DNA of 18,147 nucleotides from IMG/VR virus record IMGVR_UViG_3300045988_003125, positions 1 through 18,147 of that record; one strand, 5' to 3'. A model generated the notes under the pieces. It saw only the letters and a list, made by a program, of their open reading frames with translations, was not told where the DNA came from and did no database searches. Each line of letters begins with the position of its first letter. Position 1 is the stretch's first letter. Shown piece after piece: positions 6,905-13,740 of this stretch. A program made the translations under genes and the position numbers. The stretch is from a virus.

Positions 6905-7018
6905 CGCGAACCCCTAGTGGACAATACCGGCCTGATCACTGGAGTGGCCGCCGGTTCCACCAAGCTGACGGCCGCGCTGTTCGGTGTCAGCGGTCAGGAC
7001 ACTGTGACAGTCGCCTAA
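6905..7018 (+). pseudogene. Relic of a Big_2 domain C-terminus (paralog of the capsid 3' end)
   Basis: This frame reads ...VDNTGLITGVAAGSTKLTAALFGVSGQDTVTVA*, against the capsid end ...ESGVITGVKAGTSDITATLFGVSGKKQVTVS*. Similarity is also visible at the nucleotide level (GCTGTTCGG.GT...CGGT......GTGACAGT). There is no in-frame start and the frame differs from the capsid frame. Confidence 0.6.
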
Positions 7019-7031
7019 TCTGCGATATAAT
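7004..7031 (+). promoter_or_regulatory. Candidate sigma-70/sigma-A type promoter
   Basis: -35 GTGACA (7004-9, 5/6), a 16-nt spacer, then -10 TATAAT (7026-31, 6/6). The predicted start is near 7038. Confidence 0.45.
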
Positions 7032-7035
7032 AAAA

Positions 7036-7069
7036 GGGAGTGTTTCACGTGAAACACTCCCTTCTTTAT
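7036..7069 (+). terminator. Intrinsic terminator-like hairpin built around the parS palindrome
   Basis: GGGAGTGTTTCACGTGAAACACTCCC (7036-7061) is a perfect 26-nt palindrome followed by TTCTTTAT and preceded by an A-rich run. Confidence 0.65.
7041..7056. promoter_or_regulatory. Perfect canonical parS site (ParB/Spo0J binding palindrome)
   Basis: TGTTTCACGTGAAACA is a 16/16 match to the consensus chromosomal parS. Confidence 0.8.
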
Positions 7070-7081
7070 GAAAGGGATAGT

Positions 7082-9331
7082 ATGCTGAGAGATATCAACC
7101 CTAACGTCGAGGCGACGTTTAACTGGGCTCAATGGACGCCCAACACGTCGCTGAAACTCTGCAACGTGCCGTGGGATAGTAGTTACCGTGACCTAGCCCG
7201 GTTCGAATCACCGCAGAAACAACAGGAATGGTTTGACCGACGGCCCGGCATTGACAGGGTGCATGGAGTCATGCACATGTTCGGCCAACCCGTGCGCGTC
7301 GAACTGCCATTTAACGAGGCGTCCAACTACAACTATGTCGTGGTGTATAACGATTACCCCGACTTGGAGACGCCACGGTATTGGTATTATTTCATCAACC
7401 ACGTGGATTACATCAATGCGTACACTACTCAGCTCACCGTACAGTTGGACGTTTGGCAGTCGTTCCAGCATGTACTTAGGTTTGGTTCATGCTATGTGGT
7501 GCGGGGCCATATCGGCATTGCCAACGAAAACCAGATGACCGATTATGGTCGCAGTTATCTCGCACTACCCGAAGGGCTGGACACCGGTAGCGAAATGGTG
7601 ACGGTAAACCAACAGTACAAGTCTCTTATCGGCATGGACGGGAAAAATCTGAATTACGGCGTAATAGTCGTGAGCACGGTAGATTTGTCAGCGGACGCGG
7701 GCAATCAGGAAAAACCGTCTCTCACTACTGCGGGCGGCTCTCTGTTTGAGAACATGGCTAACGGTGCTGAAATACTGTACTTTAAGGACATCCAGTCTAT
7801 CCAAGTGTTTATGGGAGTGGGCTCTACTTTTTCATGGATAACACAGGGTATTGTAAACATGTACATGATACCCTCTTTAGATGATGACTTTCTTAAGCAA
7901 TCCGGCTATGTCGTAGATAAGCTGTTTGGGAAAACACTCCCTTCGGAATTACATAATCGTATCTACCGTTTCCCCCAGTCGGCCACAAATGCGCCCAGCA
8001 GATATGAAGACATTATTACCATTAATGACTTTCGTGATAATTTTAATATCCCTAAACGTTATAAAAACCTTAAAAAACTCAAATGCTACCCCTATTCTAC
8101 TGTTGAATGCACTTGCTTGAATGGCACTAATATCACCTATAAGCCCGAAAATATCCAAAGCGATAATCTGGTTATTAGAGAGGTGCATAATTACGCGCCC
8201 AATGGCGCGCGCTTGAACTTTTACCCGGTTGGGTACAATAAGGCGGGTGCAAGCGAGATTGCTCCTCTTGATAACAACAATGGGTTGCCCATTGATAGCG
8301 GGGAAATGTTGGACGCCGCGTTTGGCATCAGCAATTTCCCTCAATTTGTGATAGTCAACAATGGTGCCCAGTTGGCAATGGCAAACAGTGCCTACACTCG
8401 TTCCTACAGTCAACAGTCCGCTGACTGGGCGTACCAAAAAGCGCAGATGGGCGTCAGCCAGTCTCTTGCGGCTACGGCCATGCAAAACCAGTACAATACC
8501 CAAGCCAACAAACTCGCTATCGGCAACCGCAACGCCAATAACGCGATACAAGCAACCTCGCTTAACACCAGTCTGGACAACACGACGTATATCAACAATC
8601 AGCGAGCTGACCTCGCACAGCTGAATAACGTGGTTAACGGCGTGGTCGGGGTGGCGGGTAACGCCGCTTCGGGCAATGTCGGGGGCGCGGTATCGGCATT
8701 AGGCGGTGCGGTCATGAATGGTGTCAACACTGAAGCAAACCGCAGTATCAACAATACCGCCGCCCAACTTTCCACGGCGAACTCGCTGAGTACCAACGCG
8801 GCCACAACAAGTCAGGCCAACACATACGGCTCTCAGACTACAGCGCTTTCCAACCAGTTGGCCCAAAATATGGCGGATATGAACGCGGATTACGCGCAAC
8901 GTTCCGCGTTCGGAGACTATCAAAACACCATTGCGGGTATCAATGCACAGGTACAGCAGATGCAATTAACACCCCCGACCACATCCGGCGCTATCGGCGG
9001 AGACGGTTTTAACCTCGCGAACGGTATTGTCGGGGTGTTGGTTCGATTTAAGACGTGCGCACCCTCAGCTCTGCGGAGCGTCGGAGAGTACATGTTGCGG
9101 TACGGGTATTTTATCCAGCGTTTCATCACGCCGCCGCAATCGCTGGAATGTATGACAAAATTCACCTACTGGCAGATGCAGGAGTGTTACGTGCGAGGTG
9201 ATTTGCCCGAGCAGTATCGGCAGACCATTAAAGGCGTGTTCGAGTCTGGGACTACTATATGGACCAGCCCGGATGATATCGGCGTGACCGATTGGGCGGA
9301 TAACGACCCATTGCCGGGCATCTCATTCTAG
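7082..9331 (+). CDS. Tail knob / distal tail tube protein (phi29 gp9-like), 749 aa
   Basis: The start is moved to ATG 7082 (AAAGGGA upstream), because the ORF-track start at 7040 lies inside the hairpin. The N-terminal 150 aa follow the recalled gp9 pattern (L..VP....Y......F......Q..WF; LP.......NY....N.DY......W.YF......N...T......D..Q.W; then VVRGH against phi29 IVREH). The position before the portal gene matches phi29. Confidence 0.8.
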   Translation: MLRDINPNVEATFNWAQWTPNTSLKLCNVPWDSSYRDLARFESPQKQQEWFDRRPGIDRVHGVMHMFGQPVRVELPFNEASNYNYVVVYNDYPDLETPRYWYYFINHVDYINAYTTQLTVQLDVWQSFQHVLRFGSCYVVRGHIGIANENQMTDYGRSYLALPEGLDTGSEMVTVNQQYKSLIGMDGKNLNYGVIVVSTVDLSADAGNQEKPSLTTAGGSLFENMANGAEILYFKDIQSIQVFMGVGSTFSWITQGIVNMYMIPSLDDDFLKQSGYVVDKLFGKTLPSELHNRIYRFPQSATNAPSRYEDIITINDFRDNFNIPKRYKNLKKLKCYPYSTVECTCLNGTNITYKPENIQSDNLVIREVHNYAPNGARLNFYPVGYNKAGASEIAPLDNNNGLPIDSGEMLDAAFGISNFPQFVIVNNGAQLAMANSAYTRSYSQQSADWAYQKAQMGVSQSLAATAMQNQYNTQANKLAIGNRNANNAIQATSLNTSLDNTTYINNQRADLAQLNNVVNGVVGVAGNAASGNVGGAVSALGGAVMNGVNTEANRSINNTAAQLSTANSLSTNAATTSQANTYGSQTTALSNQLAQNMADMNADYAQRSAFGDYQNTIAGINAQVQQMQLTPPTTSGAIGGDGFNLANGIVGVLVRFKTCAPSALRSVGEYMLRYGYFIQRFITPPQSLECMTKFTYWQMQECYVRGDLPEQYRQTIKGVFESGTTIWTSPDDIGVTDWADNDPLPGISF

Positions 9332-9346
9332 TGCTATACTAGAGGC

Positions 9347-10303
9347 ATGTCTAGGTCGAGGAAAAATCAGAATCGTAGGGGCGGCGCGTTACATCCGCGC
9401 GGCAATTACGCCAAGGCGCGCGCCGCCGACCTTGACGCAATGTACTATCACCTGTTGACTGAACTGGCTTTGAACCGGTTCAGTTGGCGGGGGCTGCCGC
9501 CGACCGTGGATGAGCGATGGCTGGAAATGTGTCTGTGCGAATACGGTTGCGCGTTGTTTTTCGAGGACAAACGTATAGGCCGGTTCCTCGTGACACAGGC
9601 CGGATATCAAGGCCGATTGAACGTCTACAATAATCCGACGTGCTTCGAGCCGGTGGGCGTCAACTACCATTACAAGCAACTCAAGGCGGGCCGTGAATGC
9701 ATCCCTATTTGGGATAATCGCATGCGCATGTCATTCAAGGACATCTTATGGCAGTATGCGAGACGCCTTGCCGACATTGATAAAGCGTATGACGTGAATC
9801 TGGAAAGCCTGAAACTCCCCACCATCATCACCGCCGACCCGCGTACCAAGCTCACCGTGCAGAACATGCTACAACAGCGGCAGGATGGTCAGGACTATAT
9901 TATCGGCTACGATTCGCTGGACCCCGGTAGCATGTTCCAGCCGTGGCCGAACACAACACCTTACCTGTTGGATAAGTTCGTACAGCAGAAAGCGCAGGTA
10001 ACCAACGAGGTGCTGGGGTATTTGGGCATCCAGTCCAGCGGCACCGAAAAAAAGGAACGGCTCATTTCCGATGAGGTGGCGCAGGCCAATGAAAAGGTAG
10101 ACGTGTTTCGTTTGAGTTTTCTCAAGGCGCGGCAGGCGGCGGCGACCGAAATCAACCGACTGTGGCCGCAGCTGAACGTGTGGGTGGAGTATGCGGACGC
10201 GCAAAGCTCCGGAGTGCCCAACGCGCTGGATTCCAGCGCCAGCGGTACAACTGATATCGACATGCCCGCGTCATACGACGCGGGTATCGGAGGTGTATTG
10301 TAA
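9347..10303 (+). CDS. Portal / upper collar connector protein (phi29 gp10-like), 318 aa
   Basis: The basic N-terminus MSRSRKNQNRR resembles phi29 MARKRSNTYRS. NRFSWRGLPPTVDERWLE resembles FEWENLPPTINPSFLE. GTEKKERLISDEVAQ resembles LEKKERMVTDEVS. The size also matches (phi29 gp10 is 309 aa). Confidence 0.93.
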   Translation: MSRSRKNQNRRGGALHPRGNYAKARAADLDAMYYHLLTELALNRFSWRGLPPTVDERWLEMCLCEYGCALFFEDKRIGRFLVTQAGYQGRLNVYNNPTCFEPVGVNYHYKQLKAGRECIPIWDNRMRMSFKDILWQYARRLADIDKAYDVNLESLKLPTIITADPRTKLTVQNMLQQRQDGQDYIIGYDSLDPGSMFQPWPNTTPYLLDKFVQQKAQVTNEVLGYLGIQSSGTEKKERLISDEVAQANEKVDVFRLSFLKARQAAATEINRLWPQLNVWVEYADAQSSGVPNALDSSASGTTDIDMPASYDAGIGGVL

Positions 10304-11097
10304 TGACACAGGATTTCAGCGCCTATGCGATGGCAACGCCCGGCGAATACACGGAAACATTGGGCAATCTCATTGCGTTCGGATACGACACGGACGCCGA
10401 ACTACATCTCAGCGCCGACTATTACCCGATTTACGACGAATCTCACCGCGCCGAATTGAACGAGAAAATCATTCGCCATTACGCGCTTAGGGAGATTGGT
10501 CAGGAAACCGCCCAGCAGTTCATTTTTTACTTGGGGATGACGATGGCGGAAATCATGCCATATTTTAATGAGCGCTACAGGACGCTAGCGTTGAAATATG
10601 ACCCATTGAACACTATGGAAATGGTCAGTGAAAGCCTGTCCCATACTGTAGCCCAGTCCAGCGGCAAAACCAGTGCCTCTCAGGATAGTGCGACCCGAAG
10701 CTCCTCGGACGGCACCAGCTCAAGTAGCACCAAGTCCCAGTCTTACGACTCGGAAGTGCCCGCAACCGGCGTGCAAGGTGATTTTGCTCGATACGCGACT
10801 CATGCCAATCAGGCGCAAGCGGATACGGACGGCAGTAGCCATAGCACGCAAGATACCTCTTCTCAGTCCCATAGTACATCCAGCACGGAATGGCAACACG
10901 ACGCTACAGATGGGAGCACCAAATCCCACACGTCGGGCCGCTCCCAGTCCGCCATGAGCCTGATACAGGAGTACCGACAGGCGATTATCAATGTGGACAT
11001 GGAAATTGTGCGGAGCCTCGAACCGTGTTTCATGCAGGTGTGGGGCTCGTATGATACTATTTTCAGTAACTGCCATAACTATGGAGAATGGGAGTAA
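10303..11097 (+). CDS. Lower collar protein (phi29 gp11-like), 264 aa
   Basis: TAATG overlap with the portal stop, and GGAGG upstream. The block YPIYDESHRAELNEKIIRHYALREIGQET..F...L...MAEIMPYFNERY matches the recalled lower-collar signature. The central S/T/Q/H-rich region is low complexity. Confidence 0.78.
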   Translation: MTQDFSAYAMATPGEYTETLGNLIAFGYDTDAELHLSADYYPIYDESHRAELNEKIIRHYALREIGQETAQQFIFYLGMTMAEIMPYFNERYRTLALKYDPLNTMEMVSESLSHTVAQSSGKTSASQDSATRSSSDGTSSSSTKSQSYDSEVPATGVQGDFARYATHANQAQADTDGSSHSTQDTSSQSHSTSSTEWQHDATDGSTKSHTSGRSQSAMSLIQEYRQAIINVDMEIVRSLEPCFMQVWGSYDTIFSNCHNYGEWE

Positions 11098-11099
11098 TC

Positions 11100-11741
11100 A
11101 TGGTTGCCATTAACGCGCTGATTCCACGGCAACGCTTGTTTGACGGGGTGCCCACGTCGGTTCCTTTCACGTATCGGGACGGATTGACCGCGTTGCAGTT
11201 GATCGAATGCCTACGACATAATCTCGATACCCTCCAATGCGATTTGAGCAAGCTGGAAGAGACCACCACCGACCTCGCGGCATCCGTGGACAAGGCGCTT
11301 GCGGATACCGTGGCGCAAATCAACAAGGCTATGTCCGACCTGCGCGCGGAAATGCTGGCTCTGATTCATGAAATGGAACAGCAGGGCGTGGCAACCTCCC
11401 CGGTGTACGGCACCACGCAGCCGCTCGGGGACGTGCTTGGCGGCATGTATGACAATGCGCGCAATCACGGATTGTTCTGGGGCGACTATGACAACATGCG
11501 GTTGACCGCGCAGGAATACGATGGGCTTACGCTTGGCGCACGCGAGTACGACTTACGCGCCACTGCCGTGGATAATTGCGTTCCCGGCGATTTTCCCGGA
11601 CGTTCGCAATTCCCCTACGGCAAGAGCATGCCCGAGAATCCGCCCGCCGACATGTCGTTTATCACGCAGACGGAAGCCGATGCGCGCTACGTCGAACGCA
11701 ATCCGACCGTCGCCAATTTTGAAACCAAGGAGACATTATGA
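11100..11741 (+). CDS. Putative tail / appendage structural protein (213 aa)
   Basis: GGGAG (11089-93) lies 6 nt upstream of ATG 11100. There is a coiled-coil-like central region. The C-terminal ITQTEADARYVER resembles the fibre motif ITQTAADQRYLQL of ORF 12302. The stop overlaps the next start (ATGA). Confidence 0.55.
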   Translation: MVAINALIPRQRLFDGVPTSVPFTYRDGLTALQLIECLRHNLDTLQCDLSKLEETTTDLAASVDKALADTVAQINKAMSDLRAEMLALIHEMEQQGVATSPVYGTTQPLGDVLGGMYDNARNHGLFWGDYDNMRLTAQEYDGLTLGAREYDLRATAVDNCVPGDFPGRSQFPYGKSMPENPPADMSFITQTEADARYVERNPTVANFETKETL

Positions 11742-11842
11742 CCGCAACTGGCCATACCGCCAATTACGATTTATCGCAGTTCGCCTCGGAAGACCGGCCT
11801 ACATGGTCGGGCGACTATAATGGGGACATGGCGAAAATCGAC
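11734..11842. repeat. 109-bp direct repeat, copy 1 (ribosome-binding-site-proximal bases plus the 5' end of paralog 1)
   Basis: 107/109 identical to 12298-12406; the differences are C/T at two positions. Confidence 0.95.
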
Positions 11843-12292
11843 GCGGCCATATACAAGGCGGCTGACAAACAAGGCACCGCAGTATTCCCATATCGACATT
11901 GGGCTGACGGGGATTGCAATAAGGCGTTGGAAGCAGGGTTTTATGAATTGCGTGCAGACATCGCCCACGGACCGGCGTCTTCTAAAGACATGAGAGGCGC
12001 GTTGATTGTAGCCCACAACGCCGGGAGCACAATCATCTCTCAGGTCGGAATCATAGGGGACTTTCACAACGTAGGCGGCGTGTATTTCCGGTCTAGCGTT
12101 GACTCGGGGGGCTTATGGTCAAACTGGGATAAACTTGCACCGCTGTCCACCGTGGGATCATTGACACAACGTGTCGCCGCGCTTGAATCCAAACTGGCGA
12201 CAATATCCCCACCGACAACCGGCCTTACAGCCAAACAATATGATGAATCATACGCCAACAATTCCAATATCATTATAGCAGGTCAACAGTAA
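11738..12292 (+). CDS. Appendage / receptor-binding protein paralog 1 (184 aa, knob-like C-terminal domain)
   Basis: AAGGAGA upstream. It shares an N-terminal adaptor (MTATGHTANYDLSQF.SEDRPTW.GDYNGDMAKID) with the next two ORFs. The C-terminal part has a G.Y...(N)..G.L.V.....Q.....R....W..W pattern typical of fibre knob domains. Confidence 0.7.
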   Translation: MTATGHTANYDLSQFASEDRPTWSGDYNGDMAKIDAAIYKAADKQGTAVFPYRHWADGDCNKALEAGFYELRADIAHGPASSKDMRGALIVAHNAGSTIISQVGIIGDFHNVGGVYFRSSVDSGGLWSNWDKLAPLSTVGSLTQRVAALESKLATISPPTTGLTAKQYDESYANNSNIIIAGQQ

Positions 12293-12297
12293 GGAGG

Positions 12298-12406
12298 CAT
12301 TATGACCGCAACTGGCCATACCGCCAATTACGATTTATCGCAGTTCGTCTCGGAAGACCGGCCTACATGGTTGGGCGACTATAATGGGGACATGGCGAAA
12401 ATCGAC
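12298..12406. repeat. 109-bp direct repeat, copy 2 (5' end of paralog 2)
   Basis: 107/109 identical to 11734-11842, at an offset of 564 bp. Confidence 0.95.
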
Positions 12407-12664
12407 ACGCAGATGAAGAAGAACGCCGATGCCATCCAAGACGTTGCCGGAAACACGGGTATTACACAGACAGCAGCCGACCAACGCTATTTGCAATTGG
12501 GAGGACTCTCCAACACCAACACCGCACAATCGCTTAAAACCGAGATTGACGCAAAAGCACCGAAAACCGCAAGCCAGCCGGGCACATTGGGGTTGACGGT
12601 CAAACAATTAGACAGCATGTATGTGGACGCGAACGGCATCGTCCGCGTCGGTTCCATTAAATAA
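12302..12664 (+). CDS. Appendage / receptor-binding protein paralog 2 (120 aa)
   Basis: AAGGAGG upstream. The first 35 codons are almost identical in DNA sequence to those of ORF 11738. It carries the fibre-repeat-like ITQTAADQRYLQLGG. Confidence 0.7.
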   Translation: MTATGHTANYDLSQFVSEDRPTWLGDYNGDMAKIDTQMKKNADAIQDVAGNTGITQTAADQRYLQLGGLSNTNTAQSLKTEIDAKAPKTASQPGTLGLTVKQLDSMYVDANGIVRVGSIK

Positions 12665-12682
12665 CAGTAAAGGAGTAGAGCA

Positions 12683-13606
12683 ATGTCAACCACACAGCAT
12701 ACCGGGCATTATAATCTGCCGACATTTGGCGACAACCCGAACGACCGCCCGTCATGGCGCGGTGACTTCACCGACGCCATGACGAAAATCGACAATCAAA
12801 TGTACACCAACGCAACCAACACCACCACGGCGACGGCGGCGGCGAACAACGCGAACACGGCGGCACAGAAGGCAAAGGAATCCGCCGACAACGCGGCAAA
12901 GCTTGCACAGGCCAACAAGACCGACATCGCCAAACAGGAATCGTACTTCAGCGCGCTCGGCGTCACGTCGGTACCCACGGCGCAAAACCTGATGTCCACC
13001 ATCAACGGTAAGGCGGAAAACACGGCGTTGACGGCATTGAAGGGCACGGTGTCCACGCTGTCTGATACCGTGGTCGGCAAGGCGGATGCGGCGAACGTGT
13101 ACACCAAAGCGCAGTCCGATACGACGTTCACCGAGCAGGGCGGATATGCGGGGACCGCAAAAACGCTTGACGGCCGGATTAGCTCCAACGCCTCCAGCAT
13201 ATCGACAGTAAACTCGTCTTTAGAGTCGCTGAAGAAAAATGGAGTCGACCCTATCGATGTATATCATTCTATCGATAGTGTCTACGGAACAACGGTTGAC
13301 TACCACGCCTACTACTCTCCCATCTCAAAGCTTGTCTTACTGCGTGTTACCATAACCGGCTCGGCGACAAATTGGAGCAAAGGCCTAAATTCGGCAGAGC
13401 AGCCCGTGCCACCACAATACAGGCCAGCCGGAGGGCTTAGGGAACTGCTTGCTGTTTTCGTCGGGGTGGGGAATACCTTGCCGGCACATATTCTTTTCGG
13501 CATCGACTCCAAAGGATACCCGTACGTAGACCAAGAGGGCCCGAACCCCATAACGCAGGCAAATCTGGGTATGTCGGCAATGTTGTCATATTTTGCCAAT
13601 CTCTGA
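12683..13606 (+). CDS. Appendage / tail fibre protein paralog 3 (307 aa)
   Basis: AAAGGAG upstream. The N-terminus MSTTQHTGHYNLPTFGDNPNDRPSWRGDFTDAMTKID is a diverged copy of the same adaptor. A long A/T/N-rich helical shaft is followed by a globular C-terminal domain of about 110 aa. Confidence 0.75.
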   Translation: MSTTQHTGHYNLPTFGDNPNDRPSWRGDFTDAMTKIDNQMYTNATNTTTATAAANNANTAAQKAKESADNAAKLAQANKTDIAKQESYFSALGVTSVPTAQNLMSTINGKAENTALTALKGTVSTLSDTVVGKADAANVYTKAQSDTTFTEQGGYAGTAKTLDGRISSNASSISTVNSSLESLKKNGVDPIDVYHSIDSVYGTTVDYHAYYSPISKLVLLRVTITGSATNWSKGLNSAEQPVPPQYRPAGGLRELLAVFVGVGNTLPAHILFGIDSKGYPYVDQEGPNPITQANLGMSAMLSYFANL

Positions 13607-13624
13607 CAATACTCACTGACCCCC

Positions 13625-13662
13625 ATACCCCACGGCTTACCGTCGTGGGGTATAGTATTATT
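13625..13662 (+). terminator. Intrinsic terminator after the fibre gene
   Basis: ATACCCCACG (13625-34) pairs with CGTGGGGTAT (13644-53) and is followed by AGTATTATTT. Confidence 0.65.
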
Positions 13663-13686
13663 TATGGATAATATCTGGAATCCTCA

Positions 13687-13702
13687 TGTTCCATGTGAAA
13701 CA
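13687..13702. promoter_or_regulatory. parS-like ParB binding site (15/16), intergenic
   Basis: TGTTCCATGTGAAACA compared with the B. subtilis-type parS TGTTCCACGTGAAACA. Confidence 0.65.
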
Positions 13703-13731
13703 TACCCCGTCCGGTACGCCGGACGGGGTAT
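13702..13731 (+). other. 13-bp perfect stem-loop abutting the parS-like site and preceding the lysin start
   Basis: ATACCCCGTCCGG (13702-14) pairs with CCGGACGGGGTAT (13719-31), loop TACG. No T tract follows. ATG 13741 lies 10 nt downstream. Confidence 0.6.
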
Positions 13732-13740
13732 ACTAATAGC

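Noticed and set aside
6777-6917. Readthrough or frameshift extension of the capsid protein into the downstream Big_2 fragment
   Set aside because: The capsid TAG is followed immediately by an in-frame TGA. The fragment is in another frame, and that frame has stops at 6788 and 6902. The capsid already ends with a complete homologous domain.
7040-7081. The N-terminal extension MFHVKHSLLYERDS of the tail knob ORF, and the mini-ORF MFHVKHTPSGTPDGVY at 13686-13736
   Set aside because: FHVKH is simply the translation of the parS palindrome (TTTCACGTGAAACA). The segment at 7040 lies inside a terminator hairpin, and a proper Shine-Dalgarno sequence and ATG follow at 7082.
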